Source of the DNA: a virus | IMG/VR virus record: IMGVR_UViG_3300022602_000067 | Span: 1 to 64,000 of that record | DNA length: 64,000 nucleotides | Reading direction: 5' to 3' (one strand) | Shown: positions 1 to 7,180 of the stretch, one piece after another | How the letters are laid out: each line of letters opens with the position of its first letter | How positions within the stretch are numbered: position 1 is the first letter of the stretch | Notes under the pieces: generated by a model | Databases searched by the model: none | What the model saw: only the letters and a program-made list of their open reading frames with translations | What the model was told of the DNA's origin: nothing | Made by a program: the position numbers and the translations under genes

Positions 1-15
1 GACATTGGAGACAGC

Positions 16-249
16 ATGATTACAATTGAAGATCCTAGATCAAGATATGATCAAAGACATGGCGGACCTTTTGACCGTGGATCAGCAGACTCGTGGTACA
101 GCCGTCCATTCAATCCTCACTTCTACAGGGGTGGAACCTATGAAGGAGCCCGTGTGGAATTGGCGGATATGACAGCTGAAGAGATCGTGGCCTATACCGC
201 AGGCTATCACTGGAATGAGAAGTTCGGCGGGAAGAAAGATTACAATTAA
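16..249 (+). CDS. Hypothetical early phage protein (77 aa)
   Basis: ORF with GGAG SD at 8-11; same strand and codon style as the following early genes. Confidence 0.75.
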   Translation: MITIEDPRSRYDQRHGGPFDRGSADSWYSRPFNPHFYRGGTYEGARVELADMTAEEIVAYTAGYHWNEKFGGKKDYN

Positions 250-269
250 CCCTCCAAAGTGAATGGGAT

Positions 270-298
270 TTGACTGTCTGCCCAAAAGGCGTTATAAT
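270..298 (+). promoter_or_regulatory. sigma70-type early promoter
   Basis: TTGACT(270-275)-17 bp-TATAAT(293-298), then leader ACTAACATCAACAGCAAATAAGGAGCGAAAAATG. Confidence 0.9.
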
Positions 299-329
299 AC
301 TAACATCAACAGCAAATAAGGAGCGAAAA

Positions 330-539
330 ATGACACAATTAAAAGACATGCAAGGTAAAGAGATCAAAGTAGGCGATCGTGTAGCAATGGTCAGCTATCA
401 CAATGCCGGTAGTCTTGTTATTGGGGTAGTTGAGAAACTAGGCCGTGTTCGTGCTCAAGTTCGCCCTGTACAGGCCAGCTTCACTAACATCGACCCTCAA
501 GTAGCCAGCATTGGTTCAACTGATTTAATTAAACTCTAA
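330..539 (+). CDS. Small early protein, possible SH3/KOW-like beta barrel
   Basis: Start reassigned to ATG 330 after AGGAGCG SD; LKDMQGKEIKVGDRVAMV...GVVEK pattern. Confidence 0.75.
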   Translation: MTQLKDMQGKEIKVGDRVAMVSYHNAGSLVIGVVEKLGRVRAQVRPVQASFTNIDPQVASIGSTDLIKL

Positions 540-766
540 TGAAGCGACATTACATCAAATGGAGTGAGGTCCTGACGGGTAATATATCTCTCGAAGATCG
601 AAACAGAATTCGAAACTCTGTTCAGCTCTATGTACTCACTCCTAAGGGCTGGAAAGGTATTGCCGTGTGCTATACTCACAAAGAAGCAGAAGAGTTCAAA
701 GAGCGCATCCTTCAGGGCAAAGTCACGCTCAAATATGAGCATGAAAAAGTCTTTAAGATTGGTTGA
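539..766 (+). CDS. Hypothetical early protein (75 aa)
   Basis: TAATG stop/start overlap with the previous gene; its TGA stop overlaps the next -35 box. Confidence 0.65.
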   Translation: MKRHYIKWSEVLTGNISLEDRNRIRNSVQLYVLTPKGWKGIAVCYTHKEAEEFKERILQGKVTLKYEHEKVFKIG

Positions 767-791
767 CAGTCTAGCCCAAAGACGTTATAAT
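763..791 (+). promoter_or_regulatory. sigma70-type early promoter
   Basis: TTGACA(763-768)-17-TATAAT(786-791); conserved leader ACTAACATCAACAGCAAACAATAGGAGCGAAAA. Confidence 0.92.
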
Positions 792-826
792 ACTAACATC
801 AACAGCAAACAATAGGAGCGAAAACT

Positions 827-1531
827 ATGTTCAAACTATTATCTACAGCGAATCCCAAAATCCAAAAGGGTACTGCCAAAGGCTACCTTTCATTCATCCT
901 GCATCTTGCGCCCAGCGACTTGAGCGGACACAATGTCTGCCCTAAGGCTACCCCTGGTTGCATCTCCGCTTGCCTTAATACAGCAGGACGCGGTGGTATG
1001 TTCCGCAAGGGCGAGACTACCAATGTGATCCAAAAGGCTCGTATTCGTAAGACTCAATTGTTCTTCAATGACAGAACTACATTCTTCAACTATCTTACAC
1101 AGGACATCACTAAGGCCATCGCAATGGCTAAGAAGTTGGGATTGAAGCCCGTGTTCCGCCTTAACGGCACATCAGACTTGAGCTGGGAGAAATACGAAGT
1201 GCCCGGCACTGGCTTGAACATATTCCAAATCTTCCCAGAAGTACAGTTCTACGACTATACTGCCGTCCTGGGTCGCAAGGTGTTTCACATTAATAATTAC
1301 CACCTTACATTCAGCCGCAAAGAGTCTAACGATGCTGACTGCACCCGAGCGATTGCACAAGGCATGAACGTCACTGCCGTGTTTGATAGTATCCCTGAGG
1401 GCATATACTCAGCAGACGAAGATGACCTGCGCTTCTTAGACCCTAAGGTGGGCGTGATTGGTTTGAAGGCTAAGGGCAGGGCCAAAAAAGATTATTCAGG
1501 CTTCGTAATCCGCTTGACAGAAGTGGCTTAA
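827..1531 (+). CDS. Gp88-family protein (Cys-cluster, radical-SAM-like)
   Basis: HLAP..SGHNVCPKATPGCISACL (Cx6Cx3C), RLNGTSD, FYDYT, DLRFLDP..GLKAKG motifs. Confidence 0.75.
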   Translation: MFKLLSTANPKIQKGTAKGYLSFILHLAPSDLSGHNVCPKATPGCISACLNTAGRGGMFRKGETTNVIQKARIRKTQLFFNDRTTFFNYLTQDITKAIAMAKKLGLKPVFRLNGTSDLSWEKYEVPGTGLNIFQIFPEVQFYDYTAVLGRKVFHINNYHLTFSRKESNDADCTRAIAQGMNVTAVFDSIPEGIYSADEDDLRFLDPKVGVIGLKAKGRAKKDYSGFVIRLTEVA

Positions 1532-1542
1532 GAGGCTATAAT
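1514..1542 (+). promoter_or_regulatory. sigma70-type early promoter
   Basis: TTGACA(1514-1519)-17-TATAAT(1537-1542); leader ...CAACAGCAAATAAGGAGCGAAAC. Confidence 0.92.
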
Positions 1543-1575
1543 ACTCATATCAACAGCAAATAAGGAGCGAAACTT

Positions 1576-1761
1576 ATGTCAGATAAACTATATGCCGTCT
1601 GCGACGCAGTCGTAGCCGTCACAGGATTCTTTTTAGTCTATGGAGTGTCAGGCGCAATTGACACCGCAACAGACAGTCAATTGATGCCTTTGGCCCTTAT
1701 GGCCCTAGCAGGCTTGGGCTTGTTCTTCGCAGGCGTTAACGGCTTGACAACCCGTAAGTAA
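1576..1761 (+). CDS. Small two-TM membrane protein
   Basis: Two hydrophobic segments; own promoter and SD. Confidence 0.75.
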   Translation: MSDKLYAVCDAVVAVTGFFLVYGVSGAIDTATDSQLMPLALMALAGLGLFFAGVNGLTTRK

Positions 1762-1772
1762 GACAGTATAAT
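1744..1772 (+). promoter_or_regulatory. sigma70-type early promoter
   Basis: TTGACA(1744-1749)-17-TATAAT(1767-1772); leader CAACAGCAACAAAGGAGCAG. Confidence 0.9.
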
Positions 1773-1803
1773 AACTACTTCAACAGCAACAAAGGAGCAG
1801 ACA

Positions 1804-1899
1804 ATGGAATGTACATACTGTAGAAAATGGCATTTTAAGGGCGTGGCAACTTGTAATGCACCAGGTGCGCCAAAAGAAACTCCACACAAAGGCAGTTGA
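1804..1899 (+). CDS. 31-aa microprotein with a CxxC-x3-H-x6-C putative Zn site
   Basis: Not in the ORF track; MECTYCRKWHFKGVATCNAPGAPKETPHKGS; own promoter and AAGGAG SD; stop overlaps the next -35 box. Confidence 0.7.
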   Translation: MECTYCRKWHFKGVATCNAPGAPKETPHKGS

Positions 1900-1924
1900 C
1901 AGCATGCCCGAAAGGGCTTATAAT
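1896..1924 (+). promoter_or_regulatory. sigma70-type early promoter with hairpin in spacer
   Basis: TTGACA(1896-1901)-17-TATAAT(1919-1924); spacer contains GCCC-GAAA-GGGC. Confidence 0.9.
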
Positions 1925-1956
1925 TAAGACTTACTTAACTTAATCAGGAGCGATAA

Positions 1957-2277
1957 ATGATTACAGCAGATCAAATCAAAGCAGGTTTTGTCTTAGCACA
2001 TCTCGCAGGTGTTGAGATGTATCAAAAGATTGGCGAGCGTGATGCTTGCGGTTTTGGTTGGGTTGATGTCTACGTAGACAGAACCAATTCCAAGCAGGCC
2101 AAGGAGCTGATCAAAGCCGGCTTCCGCAAGGACTACAAACCCAAATGCTTGAGCTATTGGGATCCAGCAAAGATTCCTACTCAATCAATTTCAGTTAAGG
2201 AAGCAGGCGCTGAGGCATTGGCTACTTATCTACAGAGCTTGGGCTTGAAGGCCTACGCAGGTAGTCGAATGGATTGA
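1957..2277 (+). CDS. Hypothetical early phage protein (106 aa)
   Basis: CAGGAGCG SD; own promoter; DACGFGWV...SRMD. Confidence 0.8.
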   Translation: MITADQIKAGFVLAHLAGVEMYQKIGERDACGFGWVDVYVDRTNSKQAKELIKAGFRKDYKPKCLSYWDPAKIPTQSISVKEAGAEALATYLQSLGLKAYAGSRMD

Positions 2278-2302
2278 CCACAAGCCCGCAAGGGCTTATA
2301 AT
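2274..2302 (+). promoter_or_regulatory. sigma70-type early promoter with hairpin in spacer
   Basis: TTGACC(2274-2279)-17-TATAAT(2297-2302); AAGCCC-GCAA-GGGCTT in the spacer. Confidence 0.88.
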
Positions 2303-2333
2303 ACGAACTTAAATACTTTTTACAGGAGCGCAA

Positions 2334-3224
2334 ATGGCAAAGGTAGTCACTTCAAAGATGCTTATGGCACTACAGACAGAATCCAAATCACTCGAGCTAG
2401 ACAACTCGGCAGTCAAGGCCAAAGAGCTAGCACTCAAATCAGAATCAGACGACTCGATCCTCGCTCGTTTGCGTGATCGTTTTGAGATCCTAGACGACAT
2501 GACCCGTGCTGTCAAAGCAGGCAAGGTCAAGGCCATGATCGTAACAGGCCCTCCAGGCGTGGGCAAGAGTTTCGGTGTTGAGAAAGTACTCAGCAAGCAT
2601 GATGTGTTCGCCAATGTAGCCAACGATCAGAAGCTGAAGAAGTACGAAGTAGTCAAAGGCGCAATGAGTGCCATTGGCCTCTACAGCAAGCTCTATCACT
2701 TCAGTGAGAAGAAGTGTGTGTTGGTATTCGATGACTGCGACAGTATCCTCTTGGACGACTTGAGCTTGAACATTCTCAAAGCCGCATTGGATTCAAGCAA
2801 GAAGCGTACTATCCATTGGAACACTGACAGCAGTCTCTTACGCCGTGAAGGTGTGCCTGACAGCTTTGAGTTCAAAGGCGGCGCTATCTTTATTACCAAT
2901 ATTAAGTTCGATCACGTTAAGAGCAAGAAGCTTCGCGATCACTTGGAAGCACTAGAGAGTCGTTGCCACTACTTGGACCTGACTATCGACACAGAGCGTG
3001 AGAAGCTGTTGCGTATACATCAAGTGGTCACAGAGTGCGGCATGCTAGACGACTATGAGCTAGAGGACTATCAGAAGCAAGATGTGCTAGACTTCCTTAA
3101 GGCCAATACACATCGTGTACGCGAGCTGAGCCTGCGTACAGTACTTAAGATAGCAGACTTGGCTGCCAGCTTCCCCGACAAGTGGCAGGCTGTAGCAGAG
3201 TCTACTGTTATGCGTAGAGCATAG
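2334..3224 (+). CDS. AAA-type P-loop ATPase
   Basis: Walker A GPPGVGKS, Walker B VLVFDDCD, sensor-like FITN, ALESRC arginine-finger-like motif. Confidence 0.85.
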   Translation: MAKVVTSKMLMALQTESKSLELDNSAVKAKELALKSESDDSILARLRDRFEILDDMTRAVKAGKVKAMIVTGPPGVGKSFGVEKVLSKHDVFANVANDQKLKKYEVVKGAMSAIGLYSKLYHFSEKKCVLVFDDCDSILLDDLSLNILKAALDSSKKRTIHWNTDSSLLRREGVPDSFEFKGGAIFITNIKFDHVKSKKLRDHLEALESRCHYLDLTIDTEREKLLRIHQVVTECGMLDDYELEDYQKQDVLDFLKANTHRVRELSLRTVLKIADLAASFPDKWQAVAESTVMRRA

Positions 3225-3228
3225 AGTA

Positions 3229-3376
3229 GGGCAGGGTGCATGCATAGCACCCACCCAGTAGATGCCCAACGATTCGCTCCCGGCAAGCATCTACACCAAA
3301 AGCGCCGTAAATCCGATTCGCTCCCGGTCGCGCTTTTTAGGTCCCCAGGGGATTAGGTTCTCTGGGGATTTTTTTT
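3229..3376 (+). ncRNA. Candidate structured 3'-UTR sRNA with two anti-SD hairpins
   Basis: Hairpin GGGTGC/GCACCC; stems GTAGATGC/GCATCTAC (3258-3294) and AAAAGCGC/GCGCTTTT (3298-3337) each enclose an identical CGATTCGCTCCCGG; ends at a terminator. Confidence 0.6.
3342..3376 (+). terminator. Rho-independent terminator ending the early region
   Basis: TCCCCAGGGGA...TCTCTGGGGA stem followed by T8. Confidence 0.85.
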
Positions 3377-3511
3377 CTTTCGGAAAAGATATTTGAAAAA
3401 AAAGATATCGAGAGAGATCGGTCGGGGGGTACGGGGCATATATGTTTGCAAACTGTTGTAACAGCGCAACAGCGCATGGGTACCGAAGTATTTTCACCCC
3501 TCTCAAATTTT

Positions 3512-3620
3512 AAGTACTTCTTTATAATTTTTTACGCGGGCAATTTTTTCTAGTTAGTTTTACCTCGGGCCCGGACCCTAAGTACTTCTCACGATTTTTT
3601 TGCGCACTATTTTTTTTACC
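3512..3620. repeat. AAGTACTTCT..T-tract..(G/A)CGC..T-tract motif, two copies (others at ~4595 and ~6790)
   Basis: AAGTACTTCT at 3512, 3580 and 4595, variant AAGTAC at 6790; each followed by T6-7, TGCGC/TACGC and another T tract. Confidence 0.7.
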
Positions 3621-3649
3621 CTGTAGGTGCCTTTCGGGTAAGTATATAC

Positions 3650-3868
3650 ATGGATGCTCACTTGATAATTCCCAGGATTATAACCGCTCTGCTCAGCATA
3701 TTCCAAGCTGCCAGCCTGCGTGATCGTCTTTATCTGTCAGAACAGCGTGTGGAAGTTCTGTCACTAGCTCTAGAAGATATAGCTCGTATAAATGCCAATT
3801 CTGCCAATCCCAATGCACTTATAGCAGGCATCTGCTCCAGTCGCGTTACTCAGCGTCAGGACGACTGA
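3650..3868 (+). CDS. Hypothetical protein (72 aa)
   Basis: ORF preceded by a TAAGTA late-type box 5 nt before ATG. Confidence 0.55.
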   Translation: MDAHLIIPRIITALLSIFQAASLRDRLYLSEQRVEVLSLALEDIARINANSANPNALIAGICSSRVTQRQDD

Positions 3869-4572
3869 TCACAAAGTCCACTCAACACTCTAATACGATC
3901 AATGTCTTCGCTGATCTTGATCTTTTTATCCAAGCCTGTAGTCTGTGCTAGTGTTTGGGCATGTTTCAATTTATCCGCATCACTGACCAGTCCTGCTCCT
4001 GCTGTATAGGCCTTTTCTGCACGTCCCACTAGATCATCTGCCTGTGCTACGAAAGGATTGCCTGTATTGCGTACAGCGCCACGTATATCGCCCTGTGCTA
4101 GTTTTTGTCCCGTGTCTATAGCTGTTTGAACACGATCACTTCCCGGAACAAAATCTAGTGCAGTTTTGGCCGCATCCACATAGTTGCCCTGTGCCGCCGT
4201 TTGAGCGATGTCAGTACCCTTGGCTAGTGTGCCTAAATTTTGCGCTAGTCCGCCTCCGGCTATGCCGGCTACTGCTTGTAGTGCGCCTTTGGCATCTCCC
4301 CTAGCAATACTGGTGGCCGCATTAACTACAGTTAGCACTAGTCTAGTCTGTGGCAATAACTTCAGTGCTGTCATTATGGTGGGATGTGTTTTCATCCAAC
4401 CGTTAACTGTGTCTACTATGCCCTTGGCGGTAAGTTCACTGACACCATCATCGTCACTATCAATTTGTTTAAGCAACGCTTCAGCTTCATCCCATTCTTG
4501 TTGACGCTGTGCCAGTCTTTCAGGAGGAGTGGGTTGCACCGCGAGATTTTCAGTTATTTCTTTGATCAGCAT
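3856..4572 (-). CDS. Putative internal head/core protein
   Basis: N-terminal MLIKEITE, C-terminal EDIDRIRVLSGL, Ala/Gly-rich helical repeats; TAAATA box upstream. Confidence 0.6.
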   Translation of the reverse strand: MLIKEITENLAVQPTPPERLAQRQQEWDEAEALLKQIDSDDDGVSELTAKGIVDTVNGWMKTHPTIMTALKLLPQTRLVLTVVNAATSIARGDAKGALQAVAGIAGGGLAQNLGTLAKGTDIAQTAAQGNYVDAAKTALDFVPGSDRVQTAIDTGQKLAQGDIRGAVRNTGNPFVAQADDLVGRAEKAYTAGAGLVSDADKLKHAQTLAQTTGLDKKIKISEDIDRIRVLSGLCDQSS

Positions 4573-4636
4573 AAGATATTTACCCTAAAAACTCAAGTAC
4601 TTCTCAAAATTTTTTTGCGCAGAAATTTTTTTGGTA

Positions 4637-5284
4637 CTATATACCTTTTCTTAGTAACTCTGCATATTGATTCTGTGCTTCAATACCATAGTGATCAAAT
4701 TCTAGTGGATGATATCTCTCCGCACACCATTTGACATAGTTGGGGTATAGACTATCTCCAAGCTCAGGTGATGCTAGTATTTCAATCAATCGATAGCCAG
4801 TAGTAAGGCTACGTACTATCTCGCGTTGACGATCTAAAGTAGTATCGTCGACCCTTAACATCTGTTCTACATAATAGTCGTTGATAGGATGACGTCTTTT
4901 TACAGACTTTAGCATACTACCATACCACTGTACACCCACTTGTATGTAATTGTCTCTGTCTCTAGCTAGCCACAGACCCTGATCTGGATAGTAAAATTCC
5001 GTTCTCTGAGGTTCAGTATAAGCCACTATGATAACAGTGTCTCGAGTATAAGTAGGCAGATCCTGTTGAATCTTACGTATGGTACGTGTGTTACTACCAC
5101 CCGACATGGCTCGATTACAACAGACCACGCCCATAAATTCAGCTAACCGATTTGGCCAGCTCATGGGTCTAGTTAGATCGTCCATGTCTTCCAAATCTAT
5201 GCGGCCTTGGAGATAGTCTAGAAAAAGTTCTGAACCCAGTAATTCCATCCCGCTACTATGACTGCATCCATATGCGTATATCAC
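4637..5284 (-). CDS. SGNH/GDSL-like hydrolase
   Basis: Block I AYGCSHSSG, SWP, NRAMSGGSN, C-terminal DHYG. Confidence 0.65.
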   Translation of the reverse strand: MIYAYGCSHSSGMELLGSELFLDYLQGRIDLEDMDDLTRPMSWPNRLAEFMGVVCCNRAMSGGSNTRTIRKIQQDLPTYTRDTVIIVAYTEPQRTEFYYPDQGLWLARDRDNYIQVGVQWYGSMLKSVKRRHPINDYYVEQMLRVDDTTLDRQREIVRSLTTGYRLIEILASPELGDSLYPNYVKWCAERYHPLEFDHYGIEAQNQYAELLRKGI

Positions 5285-6123
5285 TGTGGTGAATCTCCCC
5301 AGTTGCCGCCCACTTGATTCATACCAATACTGTCGCCAATATTTTCCTTGGTTTTAGCGTCAACAGTAGTACCCGCGGGTGCGGCCACAACTGGGCTGGT
5401 ATTGGGATCTAGTCTACTGGCATACATCATTGAGCGAGACTCTCTTTCGGCTCTATGCTTCTGATTACCACTGACTAGTTCAGTGATTTTAACTGCATCA
5501 CGCCAATTTGACACATTGGGTCTAATGCGATGCAACCAGTAGTTGACTGCTCCCTGTGCCGCTGTAGTGGGCGTGGCCAAGAGTTCAGGTTTTGCGATTA
5601 CTGGTAATCCCGAATCCTGTTGAAACTGCGTGTAGTTCCAGCGTCCAGTGACTTGTATAAAGCCACGTCCAATGTATCGTTTGCCATCACCTTTTTGAGT
5701 GTTGCCCAGGATTGTAGCAGTCTTTGAAGGCGGTTCATACCACTTCATCCACTTGTTGGGCCGTTCTACTAGTGTAGTATAGCCGATGGTTTCTACATAG
5801 CACTGACCCATTAGTGCGGCCAATTCTAGGCCATGTATGCCTTTGGATCTAGCAGTTTTTTCCAATACACTGGCCAGAGGATTTTGTGTCAACGGGGGTT
5901 CAGCGCGGGGCTTGGCAGGTTCTGCACCTTGATTGGCCGTATGATCTCGACCTAGTCCAAACAAATTACCAAACATACCTAGCCCGCCCAACACAGCTGA
6001 TCTACGGCTGGGATCCTGGGGATCATCGGGCAATTCTAGCAGGTGTTGATCCTGTTCACGTTCCGAACCCATGCCCATGTGGGGATTGGTTATGTAGTTT
6101 TCCGAGAATTCTTTGAAACGCAT
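5281..6123 (-). CDS. GH19 (chitinase/lysozyme-like) hydrolase, probably virion associated
   Basis: AALMGQCYVET, LGNTQKGDGKRYIGRGFIQVTGRWNY; N-terminus MRFKEFSE. Confidence 0.85.
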   Translation of the reverse strand: MRFKEFSENYITNPHMGMGSEREQDQHLLELPDDPQDPSRRSAVLGGLGMFGNLFGLGRDHTANQGAEPAKPRAEPPLTQNPLASVLEKTARSKGIHGLELAALMGQCYVETIGYTTLVERPNKWMKWYEPPSKTATILGNTQKGDGKRYIGRGFIQVTGRWNYTQFQQDSGLPVIAKPELLATPTTAAQGAVNYWLHRIRPNVSNWRDAVKITELVSGNQKHRAERESRSMMYASRLDPNTSPVVAAPAGTTVDAKTKENIGDSIGMNQVGGNWGDSPQ

Positions 6124-6506
6124 TAGGAGTCCTGCTCTATGCTCCAGCAGGATCTAGACACACGGAACAGTGTCAGCTTGTGTACATAATGCTCTGCTTG
6201 ATGATGACTAAGACGATGTCGTACTGCTTCACGGTGTGTACGTGCCGCACGAGCCACTAGATCCTGAGCAGGGCCGTCGGGATCGCCGCTGTCTCCGCTA
6301 GGAGGATATAGGTCGGGAAACACTGACTCTAGTGCGTCCCAAGCATATTCAGCTTTATAGTTGTGACCAGGTCTACCCACAAGATATATGGTATATGAAT
6401 GTTCAGGCGGTTCGTCCAGACTGGTTGAGCTTTGCTGAGAGCCCGCAGGTGGTCTGACTAGATCGGGATTGAGTTGGAACTCACGGATTAATTCATGCAT
6501 TTTCAT
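6123..6506 (-). CDS. Hypothetical protein, putative internal head protein
   Basis: MKMHELIREF N-terminus; TATAAATA upstream; coupled to the GH19 gene. Confidence 0.65.
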   Translation of the reverse strand: MKMHELIREFQLNPDLVRPPAGSQQSSTSLDEPPEHSYTIYLVGRPGHNYKAEYAWDALESVFPDLYPPSGDSGDPDGPAQDLVARAARTHREAVRHRLSHHQAEHYVHKLTLFRVSRSCWSIEQDS

Positions 6507-6520
6507 ATAGATATTTATAA

Positions 6521-6547
6521 AGAAAAAGCCCTCTCTAAGAAGGGCTT
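6521..6547 (-). terminator. Rho-independent terminator
   Basis: Minus strand AAGCCCT-TCTTAGAG-AGGGCTT-TTTCT. Confidence 0.75.
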
Positions 6548-6592
6548 GGGTGCGGGCATGTCCCGTATAGAAGTCTAGCAGTGATCAACTCG

Positions 6593-6667
6593 TTAGTTTG
6601 GCGGATTCTCACTGTGCATTAATTTGGCTTGAGGCTTGTGATCTAAATACTCTGTAGTCATTTTCAT
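6593..6667 (-). CDS. 24-aa small ORF in its own late transcription unit
   Basis: TATAAATA (6705-6712), GGAGG SD, MKMTTEYLDHKPQAKLMHSENPPN, terminator downstream. Confidence 0.5.
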   Translation of the reverse strand: MKMTTEYLDHKPQAKLMHSENPPN

Positions 6668-6883
6668 CTATCCTCCTATCCACAGTACTTGTTCTGTGTA
6701 CTAGTATTTATAGATTACGGCTAGATTACATGCTGAAATGGCCAACTACAAGCGGAACGCTGAGCCGCGTTTTTCCGCTACGCTTCGCGAAGTACAATTT
6801 TTTGCGCTCTAGCTTCGCTTGTAAAAATTTTTCCGCTCCGCCTACCGGGTTATAAATATGGTGACAAAAAGGAGGGTTATCCC

Positions 6884-7180
6884 ATGAGTATATTAGATCG
6901 ACTACACACTATTATCAGTGCTGACATAGCCAAACTATTCAGCGATGCAAAACGTGTTTCTGTACAGGCTACAAATGATGTTGAAAAACTAGAAGCTGAC
7001 CTTGTACAGGCTAAACAACGTGCTATCGCTGCCGCAGAAGCTGTTAAACAACATGCCGAAGCCGCCGCTGAACAAGCACGTAAGGCTGCTGATGATTTGG
7101 CGATTGAAGCTAAAGCTGCCGCTGAAAAAGTACTATTTCACAGTGCTAGTTTGCCGCAACCAAAAGAACCCACAGTCTAA
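6884..7180 (+). CDS. Ala-rich coiled-coil hypothetical protein
   Basis: TATAAATA at 6851, AAGGAGG SD. Confidence 0.8.
   Translation: MSILDRLHTIISADIAKLFSDAKRVSVQATNDVEKLEADLVQAKQRAIAAAEAVKQHAEAAAEQARKAADDLAIEAKAAAEKVLFHSASLPQPKEPTV

Noticed and set aside
270-2333. Repeated leader sequences as a CRISPR array
   Set aside because: Repeats are degenerate promoter/SD units separated by whole genes; no cas genes seen
3270-3327. 14-bp direct repeat as a mini-CRISPR or tRNA
   Set aside because: Only two short copies located in hairpin loops; no cloverleaf, T-loop consensus or CCA end
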